From NCBI GenBank assembly GCA_949296475.1, contig CASFOK010000011.1:2300-66299 (forward strand): a stretch of DNA of 64,000 nucleotides, written 5' to 3'. Origin of the DNA: an uncultured Pseudomonadota bacterium. Lineage in GTDB: Bacteria > Pseudomonadota > Alphaproteobacteria > Rs-D84. The notes below the pieces were generated by a model. It was not told the DNA's origin. It made no database searches and worked only from the letters and a program-made list of their open reading frames with translations. Of this stretch, positions 8,893 through 17,050 are shown one piece after another (position 1 is the stretch's first letter; the number at the start of each line of letters is the position of its first letter). The translations under genes were made by a program, and so were the position numbers.

Positions 8893-10212
8893 TTATGGTA
8901 ATTTTGGCGACCAAGTCGGTTCCACCCCGTTTATATCATCTGGCAATTCTATGTCATAAACATGCTGACCTGTTATATCAACACTGCGAATATGACTTAT
9001 ACGTTCTATGCTGTCCAGCGCTCTTTCTGTTTCATAGTAAACCAAACGACGCGAGCCCGGTGCCCAAGAAGGTGCCTCCATATACCAGCCACCGGCTAAT
9101 ATTTTTTCATTTCTGCCGCGTGGGTCCATGATGCCAATATAAAAAGTATCATCTGCCATTTTCGTAAACGCGATGAATTGCCCGTCTGGCGACCAAGCGG
9201 GCGTAGCATATCGCCCTGCTCCATAAGTTAAACGTTCTACTTTACCTGATTCCAAATCTAAAACATATATTTGTTGATTGCCGCTGCGATCTGAATTAAA
9301 CGCTAACTTTTTCCCGTCTGGCGAATAAGACGGACTGGTATTCAAAGAATTTCCGAAAGTCAACTGACGTAACGCTTTGGTTTCTATATCATATTCATAT
9401 ATATGTGTAATGCCATTTTTTACCAAAGATAAAGCAATTTTTGTACCGTCTGGTGAAAATCGCGGTGCAAAATTCATACCGCCGAACTGACCCAACCTAC
9501 GTTGTTCACCGGTATCTAAATCCAAAGTCCAAACCATCGGGTCATCATCACGGAACGACAAGAACACTATCGTTTGCATATTAGGCGAAAAGTGTGGCGA
9601 CATAACAAAGGTCTTTTTGTCCGACAAATAACGCATACCATAACCGTCTTGGTCCATAATTGCCATACGTTTTGTACGATTATGAACGGGGCCGGTTTCA
9701 GCAATAAACACAATTTGAGTATCAAAATAGCCAATTTCACCGGTCAACCTTTCATATATAGAATCAGCCATAATATGCGCCAAACGACGCGCCGATTTTT
9801 TAGAAGCAACTAAACTTTGTGCTTCTATTTGTTCCTTACCGTTTACATCCCAGACATAAAATTCCAAGTTATACTTTCCGTCAGATTCTGCAGATATTTT
9901 ACCTTGAACCAAAACCTGTGCCTTTACAGCAGACCATAAACTAAAATCAGGCAACTTTCCCATTTCAACGAATTCCGGCATTGCATCATGCGACACTATA
10001 CGGAATAACCCAGTTGACTTCAAGTCAGCCTCTACGACATTACGTATCATTTTCGCGTCCCTAGAAGAAACATCGCCAACAGTTTCAAACTTTTGGACAG
10101 CAACAGAAATCGGTTCCATTGCACCCGCGATAATATCAACCTTGATTTCCGCATGCGCAGGTACAACTGATATCAACATTAATACAAATAACGATAAAAA
10201 CTTTTTTAACAT
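8893..10212 (-). CDS. tolB: Tol-Pal system beta-propeller protein TolB
   Basis: N-terminal TolB domain followed by repeated WD-like SPDG..IAF/SPDGKKLAF/SPDGTKIAL blades. Start set at ATG 10212 (MLKKFLSLF... signal peptide) behind GGGAAAGGAA; an upstream ATG at 10236 is possible. Confidence 0.9.
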   Translation of the reverse strand: MLKKFLSLFVLMLISVVPAHAEIKVDIIAGAMEPISVAVQKFETVGDVSSRDAKMIRNVVEADLKSTGLFRIVSHDAMPEFVEMGKLPDFSLWSAVKAQVLVQGKISAESDGKYNLEFYVWDVNGKEQIEAQSLVASKKSARRLAHIMADSIYERLTGEIGYFDTQIVFIAETGPVHNRTKRMAIMDQDGYGMRYLSDKKTFVMSPHFSPNMQTIVFLSFRDDDPMVWTLDLDTGEQRRLGQFGGMNFAPRFSPDGTKIALSLVKNGITHIYEYDIETKALRQLTFGNSLNTSPSYSPDGKKLAFNSDRSGNQQIYVLDLESGKVERLTYGAGRYATPAWSPDGQFIAFTKMADDTFYIGIMDPRGRNEKILAGGWYMEAPSWAPGSRRLVYYETERALDSIERISHIRSVDITGQHVYDIELPDDINGVEPTWSPKLP

Positions 10213-10400
10213 ATATATTCCTTTCCCAGAAAACAATTCGCTGTAATTTTATATGCTTATTTATAAAAAAGCAAGACAGCAAAAGACCTTTTTAGAAAAT
10301 AAAAATCCTATCAGACAAAAAAACATCAACAAAAAACAACAATACACCCGCCTTTACAAAAGCCATCACAACAGTCATTACAAACATAATTACAAATGTA

Positions 10401-10428
10401 TTGACAAGCGCCAATACAATGTTATAGT
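10401..10428 (+). promoter_or_regulatory. Sigma70-type promoter candidate for the RHH/DinD-like gene pair, with flanking inverted repeat
   Basis: TTGACA (10401-10406), 16-nt spacer, TATAGT (10423-10428). ATACAAT (10414-10420) and ATTGTAT (10448-10454) form an inverted repeat. The palindrome TACAAATGTA sits at 10391-10400. Confidence 0.5.
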
Positions 10429-10473
10429 CACTTGTAAAGACTGTGGTATTGTATAAAGTATAGGAGATTGTGT

Positions 10474-10701
10474 ATGCCAAATGTAATGCAACAGTTATTC
10501 ATTATGAACATAGAATCTTTATTAAAAGAATATGCTGCCTATCGCACATTTAACAAATCTGATTGCGTTATAAACATGCGCATACCACGTCCAGTACTGG
10601 AAAGCATCAAACAACTGGCAGAAAAACAACACGTACCCTATCAGTCTTTGATATCTTCTGTATTATTTTCACTTGCAAATATAGAAGAAAACAAATCTTA
10701 A
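10474..10701 (+). CDS. Small ribbon-helix-helix (CopG/BrnA-antitoxin-like) protein
   Basis: AGGAG at 10462-10466, 7 nt before ATG 10474. The segment INMRIPRPVLESIKQLAEKQHVPYQSLISSVL matches the RHH/BrnA pattern (beta strand, helix, then ..PYQSLI..). Confidence 0.5.
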   Translation: MPNVMQQLFIMNIESLLKEYAAYRTFNKSDCVINMRIPRPVLESIKQLAEKQHVPYQSLISSVLFSLANIEENKS

Positions 10702-10718
10702 AAAATAAGGATGCAGAT

Positions 10719-11666
10719 ATGCCACTTCCAAAAACAAGTAAAGTATTCAAATCACTAAGCAACAATATTCACCATTCCGAAAAGATAACTATTCAAAAAA
10801 ATATTTTTGACACGAACAGTACAATAAACGAACATTATGGGGACTATTGGAAATTTTCCGATTTGTATAATCTATTTGGTCCGGACATAATGGGAAACCC
10901 AAAACTTATAAACGAAACCGTCAAAAAAATAATAACAAACGACGTTTTTATAAGTCTACCAACACAAAACAAAGATAAAATATTACGTCCGAATACTTTT
11001 GATGAATTTTACAACAACCATATAAAATTAATTTATTCAGATTATTCTATTAAACAAAAAAATAAAAACGAAATTACTGATGCCAAACTTAGTCGCTTTA
11101 CATGTTGGAAAATATTAAAACAATATCCCAACCTGATTTTTTCACAACTGTACTTTATGCATCCAAATATATCAGAACAAGAATTACAAAAACTGGCGAC
11201 CAGTTTTTCAAGGGTGTATTTACGACACTATGTATCAAAAGCCGAACGAATTTTATGTGGCATAGCATACAAAAATAATATAGATTTATGTAAATTCAAC
11301 CACGCAATCACACAATTATTCTTTTATAACAACGACACAGACACGTTAAAAAGCATACATAATATTAGGTTGCGTGACAAAGACCCGATTGCAAATTACA
11401 TGGGATGCTATTCTTTGTCTGCATTTAATACAGGGCTTAGCAAATCTATTCAATACTTCAATGCAACTAATCAACAAATGCCAATTGATAAATTCCTAGA
11501 TCAACTATTACACGAATTGTATTATCAAAGAACCAACATGTATAAAAAGAGAGGAATTTATCCAGAACAAGACATAAAACCAATCTCGGAACAACAAATT
11601 CATGCGGAATTAAAAACCAAAGAAAAAGAATTTATAAACAAATACGCATTTGAAAAAATTAGATAA
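10719..11666 (+). CDS. Hypothetical protein, possibly DinD/Bro-N-like (315 aa)
   Basis: Start trimmed to ATG 10719 (MPLPKTSK...). By-eye resemblance to the DNA-damage-inducible protein D layout: LSRFTCWKILKQ resembles LSRYACYLVVQN, and ANYMGCYSLSAFN resembles DHMGSTELAANLF. Asn/Lys/Ile-rich. Confidence 0.35.
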   Translation: MPLPKTSKVFKSLSNNIHHSEKITIQKNIFDTNSTINEHYGDYWKFSDLYNLFGPDIMGNPKLINETVKKIITNDVFISLPTQNKDKILRPNTFDEFYNNHIKLIYSDYSIKQKNKNEITDAKLSRFTCWKILKQYPNLIFSQLYFMHPNISEQELQKLATSFSRVYLRHYVSKAERILCGIAYKNNIDLCKFNHAITQLFFYNNDTDTLKSIHNIRLRDKDPIANYMGCYSLSAFNTGLSKSIQYFNATNQQMPIDKFLDQLLHELYYQRTNMYKKRGIYPEQDIKPISEQQIHAELKTKEKEFINKYAFEKIR

Positions 11667-11675
11667 AGAACAAAA

Positions 11676-11706
11676 TAAAAAAAGACGGCAACGCCGTCTT
11701 TTTTTA
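11676..11706. terminator. Bidirectional terminator
   Basis: aaaaaaaGACGGCaacGCCGTCttttttt lies between convergent genes. Confidence 0.7.
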
Positions 11707-12081
11707 AATTAATCCAAAATTACTAAACTGGTTCACACAACCTATCATATTCATACCGGTAGAACTTATTAAGAATTTTAATACAAATCCTATTCCCAGC
11801 AACAAAGAAAAACCAACTATTAAACCCACACCTTTTTTCTTAATATCGTCAGATTTGACGTCGCCAGCAGCAATAAATCCCCATGCCCAACCGGCGATTA
11901 TAAAAGCCGCCCCTATAAACGCAAGTGTACTTAATAAATTAAAAACACCCGACATTTTTACAACTAAATCACATAATGCTGGATTATTTTGCGAGGCAGG
12001 TGCTGCGAAAGACTGACCTAACCCCGTTATAAACATAGCACCGGCAAAACCGATTTTTTTCAATACGTTTTTTAATTTCAT
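11704..12081 (-). CDS. Small membrane protein with TrbC/VirB2-type pilin architecture
   Basis: Signal peptide ...GLGQSFA|APAS, then two hydrophobic helices separated by a short charged loop (…AFIIAGWAWGFIAAGDVKSDDIKKKGVGLIVGFSLLLGIGFVL…). The layout is comparable to Agrobacterium VirB2. Confidence 0.4.
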   Translation of the reverse strand: MKLKNVLKKIGFAGAMFITGLGQSFAAPASQNNPALCDLVVKMSGVFNLLSTLAFIGAAFIIAGWAWGFIAAGDVKSDDIKKKGVGLIVGFSLLLGIGFVLKFLISSTGMNMIGCVNQFSNFGLI

Positions 12082-12140
12082 ATAAAACCCCTTTCTTTTG
12101 TAATCATTTTATCACAAAAAAGTCGGCTCTTCAACATTAT

Positions 12141-12173
12141 AAAAACAAAAAGCGTTCTTTATCAAGAACGCTT
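12141..12173 (-). terminator. Rho-independent terminator of the 12196-12585 gene
   Basis: Stems aagcgttctt and aagaacgctt with loop tatc, followed on the minus strand by a T-rich run. Confidence 0.6.
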
Positions 12174-12195
12174 TGAACTTTGTAAAAACCACCTG

Positions 12196-12585
12196 TTACA
12201 TTGCGGAAACGATAACATATCTACGTTTCAAAACTGGTTGATTGCAGGTATTACAACCGCAAGTACGTTTTTCCACCCTTGCTGTACAAGCCGAGCAAGA
12301 CCAACCATCGTTCACTGGTGATAAAATTTGTCTTTCTTGACGTGAAGCGCGACCAAACGTATCGCTTGCGTACAAATCTTCACAGCGTGTGTTTTTATAA
12401 ACTATTTTCTTATTATTATCCATACCATCTATATAGTCAGAAAAATTGCGGCCACGTTCACCAACGTAATAAATACAATCACTGCCATCTTGGGTGTATC
12501 TTACACCACCTTTGTAATAATCATAATAACCGCCGCAACCCGCCAACGCAATTAATGCAAATACAGAAATAAATAAATTTTTCAT
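12196..12585 (-). CDS. Cys-rich lipoprotein, function unknown
   Basis: Lipobox LAGC. Eight further Cys residues, including CSAC and CGCNTC clusters. No recognisable domain. Confidence 0.55.
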   Translation of the reverse strand: MKNLFISVFALIALAGCGGYYDYYKGGVRYTQDGSDCIYYVGERGRNFSDYIDGMDNNKKIVYKNTRCEDLYASDTFGRASRQERQILSPVNDGWSCSACTARVEKRTCGCNTCNQPVLKRRYVIVSAM

Positions 12586-12745
12586 AACGCATCCCTTTAT
12601 TAAATTCTTTACATCTCTTACCTGCCCCCGATTCGTGATTTAATTGTTGCACAAAAATACCCGTTGTCAAGCAAGACAAAAATACATTTATATAATCCAC
12701 AGATAGTATTTATGTTATAATAAAACTATCTAAAAGGACTTTATT

Positions 12746-13690
12746 ATGACTTATGCAGATTATGGTTTAGTTAATACAAAAGATATTTTTACAGACGCAA
12801 TTACAAGACACTATGCGGTACCCGCGTTTAACGTTTATAATATGGAAACGTTATCAGCCGTTGTATCTGCCGCGCGTGACAGCCACAGTCCTGTAATCCT
12901 AGCGGTATCAGAATCCGCCTTGAAATACATGGGTGCCGATATGTTAATGGGCATGGTAAAAGGACTAAAAATCAAGGAATCAGAAAAAATTTCCTTGCAC
13001 CTGGACCATGGCTCTTCACCGGAAATATGCCAAGAAGTTATAAAACTTGGTTTTTCCAGTGTAATGATAGATGCGTCTAAAATGTCGTTCAAAGACAACA
13101 TGTCTGTATCCAAAAAAGTTGCCGACTTTGCACATCAGTTTAATGTCAGCGTAGAAGCAGAACTTGGAACCATTTCCGGCATAGAAGACGAAAACACCAA
13201 AAGCCTGTATTCCAGTTATACCAATCCAGACGACGTTATAAAATTCGTAGAATTCACCAATATAGATTCACTGGCAATTGCAATCGGCACAACCCATGGT
13301 GCTTATAAAAGAAAATCCGAAACAGAAGAACTGCGATTTGATATTTTAGACAAAATCGCACAACGTTTACCAAACTTTCCGCTTGTTTTACATGGCGCAT
13401 CAAGTATACCAGAACATTTTATCAACCTGATTAATAAATATGGTGGCAAGCTGTCTAACGCGCGCGGGATTCCAACACAGCAACTAAAACGTGCCGTAGA
13501 ACTAAATGTTTGTAAAATAAATGTAGACAGCGATTCCAGGTTAGCCTTTACCGCCGGGATACGTGAATCTTTGGCGCAACAACCAGAAAACTTTAACCCA
13601 CGCGAATATTTATCTTGTGGCAAAAAAAACATATACGATAATTGCATAAAAGAAATTCAAGAAATAATGAATTCCGCAAACAAGGCGTAA
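12746..13690 (+). CDS. fba: Class II fructose-1,6-bisphosphate aldolase
   Basis: Motifs PAFNVYNME, LHLDHG, VMIDAS, VEAELG, IGTTHGAYK, LVLHGASS. Confidence 0.9.
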   Translation: MTYADYGLVNTKDIFTDAITRHYAVPAFNVYNMETLSAVVSAARDSHSPVILAVSESALKYMGADMLMGMVKGLKIKESEKISLHLDHGSSPEICQEVIKLGFSSVMIDASKMSFKDNMSVSKKVADFAHQFNVSVEAELGTISGIEDENTKSLYSSYTNPDDVIKFVEFTNIDSLAIAIGTTHGAYKRKSETEELRFDILDKIAQRLPNFPLVLHGASSIPEHFINLINKYGGKLSNARGIPTQQLKRAVELNVCKINVDSDSRLAFTAGIRESLAQQPENFNPREYLSCGKKNIYDNCIKEIQEIMNSANKA

Positions 13691-13720
13691 AAAAAATTCC
13701 ACATAAAGTGGAATTTTTTA
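13689..13720. terminator. Bidirectional terminator between fba and efp
   Basis: aaaaaaAATTCCACataaaGTGGAATTtttt. Confidence 0.65.
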
Positions 13721-13733
13721 TAACCGCCGTGTT

Positions 13734-14303
13734 TTATTTTGCACGTTCTACATATTCCAAAGTTTCCGTGTTAACAACGATTTTTTCCCCCTGTTCTATA
13801 AACAAAGGAACCTGAACACGAACGCCATTATCCAAAATAGCAGGTTTACCGCCACTTGTTGTTGCAGTTTGACCCTTTAACGCGGGCTCTGTTTCCTCAA
13901 CCGTTGCGATAACTGTTTTTGGCAAAGAAATAGATACAGGTTGACCTTCTACAAAGTTTGCCTTTACCTGCATTTCTGGCGCCAAGAATTTCATTTGTTC
14001 ACCCAAAGAATCAACAGGCATTGTAAATTGCTCGTAATCGGACAATCTCATAAAATAAGCGTCGTTACCATCCGAATATAAATACTGACAATCTAAATCC
14101 TCAACCATCAACTTTTCAACTTTATCTTCTGCGCGCCAACGGTCGCCACCCTTGTTACCAGTATCAATATCACGCAGGTCAGCCTGCACAAACGCACCGC
14201 CCTTACCTGGTTTAACCTTTGTAATAGACATAACCGAATAACGTTTACCGTTATGGGAAATAACCCAACCAACACGCATGTCATTCGCGATGTATGAAGC
14301 CAT
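13734..14303 (-). CDS. efp: Elongation factor P
   Basis: 189 aa. KPGKGGAFVQ loop motif and the typical EF-P three-domain length. Confidence 0.9.
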   Translation of the reverse strand: MASYIANDMRVGWVISHNGKRYSVMSITKVKPGKGGAFVQADLRDIDTGNKGGDRWRAEDKVEKLMVEDLDCQYLYSDGNDAYFMRLSDYEQFTMPVDSLGEQMKFLAPEMQVKANFVEGQPVSISLPKTVIATVEETEPALKGQTATTSGGKPAILDNGVRVQVPLFIEQGEKIVVNTETLEYVERAK

Positions 14304-14371
14304 TTATATACCTCTTGTTAAATTAAAAATTATACGAAATTATACGGCATTAGCAACATAAAGCAAGAATA

Positions 14372-14914
14372 TTATTCCGATTTATGCTTATGTTTATTAT
14401 ACCTTTCTATGCTATCCATAATGGTTTTATCGGCATGATCACGATCCGCCCAACCCTTAACCTTGGACCAAGAATTAGGCTGCAAATCTTTGTAATGCTT
14501 AAAAAAGTACTCTATTTTTGCGCGCAAAATTGCCGGCAACTGATCAAGATATTCTGTGTTTGTATAGAACGGATCTATTTTATCGCGCGGAACGCAAATA
14601 ATTTTTTCGTCGCCTCCTGCCTGATCCTCCATTAACAACGCACCAACAGGTCTTACCTCTATTATAACGCCCGGTCGCAAAGGCGCATTGCATACGACAA
14701 CGCAATCCAATGGGTCCCCATCATCGCCCAAAGTACCCGGAAAATACCCATAATTTGCCGGATACGCCATAGGCGTATGTAAAATACGGTCAACACGTAA
14801 CAAACCGGTCCCCTTGTCAATTTCATACTTTACAAAACCGTTTTCTGGAACCTCAATAATAGCATTCATCTTTTTTGGGGGCATTTTACCCGCTGGTATT
14901 TCCTTAATTTTCAT
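14372..14914 (-). CDS. ppa: Inorganic pyrophosphatase (family I)
   Basis: Motifs YPANYGYFPGT, DGDPLDCVVV, DEKIICVP. Start trimmed to ATG 14914 (MKIKEIPAG...) because the dnaN terminator occupies the longer ORF's 5' part. Confidence 0.88.
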   Translation of the reverse strand: MKIKEIPAGKMPPKKMNAIIEVPENGFVKYEIDKGTGLLRVDRILHTPMAYPANYGYFPGTLGDDGDPLDCVVVCNAPLRPGVIIEVRPVGALLMEDQAGGDEKIICVPRDKIDPFYTNTEYLDQLPAILRAKIEYFFKHYKDLQPNSWSKVKGWADRDHADKTIMDSIERYNKHKHKSE

Positions 14915-14992
14915 ACGACTTACATCCTTTTTACATCGCAAAATATTATCATATAAAACATCTTTTTCAATATAGGATTGCATAAAAGTATA

Positions 14993-15020
14993 AAAAAACT
15001 GCCAATCGGCAGTTTTTTTT
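14993..15020 (-). terminator. Rho-independent terminator of dnaN
   Basis: aaaaaaaCTGCCaatcGGCAGtttttttt lies immediately after the dnaN stop. Confidence 0.7.
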
Positions 15021-15021
15021 A

Positions 15022-16140
15022 TCACATTCTCATCGGCATTAAGATAAATAATGCATCTGTCTTTTTATCGGTAGACTTAATAATAGTTGGCGACAACGGA
15101 TCTTGCATTTCCATTTGGAATTTATCACCCTCTACCTGTCCGGCAACATCCATCAAGAACTTTACGTTAAACGTAACAGTAAAAGATGTATCACCGTTAT
15201 ATTCAATATCTAATTCTTGGGTTGCCGTTCCTGCATCTGGGCTTGAAGCGTTAACAACCAACTTATTCATAGAGAACGTTAACTGTACAGATTTCGTTTT
15301 ATCAACGCTTGCCACAGAAACCAAGTCAACCGCGTTTAAGAACTGTTTTCTATCCAGAATTGCAATCTTATCGTTACCTTTTGGAATTACCACGCGATAA
15401 TTAGGATACTGCGCATCAACTAACTTGCTGGTCAAAGTTGCACTGCCGACTGTAAAACGTGCCTTGGTATCAGACAACTCAACGGTAACGTCGTCAACGG
15501 TTGCATCTTCTAACAATTTTGACAATTCACCAATTACGCGACGCGGCAAAATTACGGCTGGCATTTCTGCACTTCCCGCAGGTGCGTTCATCGCACACAA
15601 CGCCATTCTTTGTGCATCGGTTGCAACCGCGGTCAACATTTTTGCCTTTCCTTCGTCAGAGATGTGGAAGTAAATCCCACCCAAATGATAACGAACGTCA
15701 TCTGTTGGAATTGCAAATTTAGTTTGATTTATCAAATGCGCTAAATCGCCCGTCGTCATCTGGAATTTTGTAGTTAAATTACTACCCGCCATTGCCGGGA
15801 AATTTTCCGCAGGTAACGTAGGCAAATGAAATACAGCCCTGCCACTGGAAACAATCAATTGATCGCCAGATTGTTTAAAGTTAATTTCTGAATCATCTGG
15901 TAATTTACGAACGATATCATACAACATTTGAACAGGAACCGTTGTCTTTCCCCCCAAAGTTATATCTGCCGCGACATGTTCTACTAATTCTAAATCAACA
16001 TTAGTCGCTGATAATATTAAATCGTCTGCTGCTTCTATCTTGACGTTCATTAATATCGGCAAAGTTGCGCGCTTTTCAACAATAGACTGCATATGCCCCA
16101 GCGCACGAATTAATACCTGACGAAATACCGAAAATTCCAT
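15022..16140 (-). CDS. dnaN: DNA polymerase III beta sliding clamp
   Basis: 372 aa. N-terminus MEF.V.R..L...L..MQSIVEKR.TLPIL.NV.IEA, three-domain length, C-terminal ...LMPMRM. Confidence 0.92.
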   Translation of the reverse strand: MEFSVFRQVLIRALGHMQSIVEKRATLPILMNVKIEAADDLILSATNVDLELVEHVAADITLGGKTTVPVQMLYDIVRKLPDDSEINFKQSGDQLIVSSGRAVFHLPTLPAENFPAMAGSNLTTKFQMTTGDLAHLINQTKFAIPTDDVRYHLGGIYFHISDEGKAKMLTAVATDAQRMALCAMNAPAGSAEMPAVILPRRVIGELSKLLEDATVDDVTVELSDTKARFTVGSATLTSKLVDAQYPNYRVVIPKGNDKIAILDRKQFLNAVDLVSVASVDKTKSVQLTFSMNKLVVNASSPDAGTATQELDIEYNGDTSFTVTFNVKFLMDVAGQVEGDKFQMEMQDPLSPTIIKSTDKKTDALFILMPMRM

Positions 16141-16279
16141 TTATACGCTCCTGTTTATTCTGATACTGTATGTACCCTACATTCTTTAATATTGATTTTA
16201 TCAAAAAATGCCGATTCGGTGCAAGGGTAAAAGGAACTTGCGATTCTTTAAAAAAGAACCGCCGTTACAGGCTGTTGTT

Positions 16280-17044
16280 TTATTTATCCATAACCTTTTC
16301 AATTTTTGCGCGCAACTTCTTCATATCGTCGTATTTTACAAATTTTCCTTTTTCAGCGACAGATATATCGCCACTTTCTTCGGACACAACCAAAACAGTT
16401 GCCCCGGACACCTCGGACAAGCCCAAGGCCGCCCTATGACGCGTGCCGTATTTCCAATTCAAGTTATTATGAGACAATGGTAATATCGCCCCAGCATATG
16501 CGACACGGTCCTTTTCTATAATAACGGCCCCGTCATGCAAAGGGGTTTTATTAAAGAATATAGTTAATAACAATTCACTTGTAATAACCGCATCAATTTC
16601 AACACCCTTTTTATCAATAGCACTTTCATCAAGACTGCTGGGGAACACAATCAACGCCCCTGTATGTTTAGCAGACATATATTCTACTGCTGAAACAATA
16701 GCGTCTAATGCGGCTGTATTTTTTGTTGTAACACCACCTTTTTTAAATATCCTGCGCCACTCGTTAACGTTTCCCATCAGCGCCATAAACTTGCGCAATT
16801 CTGGTTGAAATATAACAATCAAACTGATTGACAAGAACAAGGCCGTCCAATGCAAAAAGCCGCCCAGCAAGTCCAAATGTGCCCAAGACAAAATGAAACT
16901 AACCAACCATAACCCAGCCAGTCCCAACAGACCACGAACCAGTTTTTCCGACGATGTATTTTGTATAAAACTTCTATAAAACAACAAAATTATAGCTACA
17001 ATAAGTATGATTTGAATCAAACTAATCCAAGTAAACATATTCAA
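16280..17044 (-). CDS. cdaA: Diadenylate cyclase CdaA (membrane-anchored DAC domain)
   Basis: Three N-terminal TM helices. DAC motifs TGALIVF, PLHDGAVII, GTRHRAALGLSE, LVVSEESGDISV. Confidence 0.88.
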   Translation of the reverse strand: MNMFTWISLIQIILIVAIILLFYRSFIQNTSSEKLVRGLLGLAGLWLVSFILSWAHLDLLGGFLHWTALFLSISLIVIFQPELRKFMALMGNVNEWRRIFKKGGVTTKNTAALDAIVSAVEYMSAKHTGALIVFPSSLDESAIDKKGVEIDAVITSELLLTIFFNKTPLHDGAVIIEKDRVAYAGAILPLSHNNLNWKYGTRHRAALGLSEVSGATVLVVSEESGDISVAEKGKFVKYDDMKKLRAKIEKVMDK

Positions 17045-17050
17045 CTCCTT

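Noticed and set aside
10253-10480. ORFs 10253-10456 (+) and 10292-10480 (-) in the tolB/RHH intergenic region
   Set aside because: They are generated by the A/C-skewed low-complexity tract. The products are implausibly basic or repetitive. The region contains a good promoter instead.
10563-10718. 5' extension of the 367-aa ORF overlapping the RHH gene
   Set aside because: The extension overlaps the RHH CDS in another frame. ATG 10719 begins right after the RHH stop.
10474-11666. Calling the RHH plus 315-aa pair a classical type II toxin-antitoxin system
   Set aside because: The large partner matches no toxin fold I recognise and looks DinD/Bro-like. It is kept only as a hypothesis in the findings, not as a feature call.
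14915-15025. Long form of ppa (217 aa) overlapping the dnaN stop
   Set aside because: The extra 37 codons contain the dnaN rho-independent terminator (14993-15020). Family I PPases are ~175-180 aa, and Met38 begins the conserved core.
14978-15722. Plus-strand ORFs 14978-15400, 15425-15673 and 15501-15722
   Set aside because: They are antisense to dnaN.
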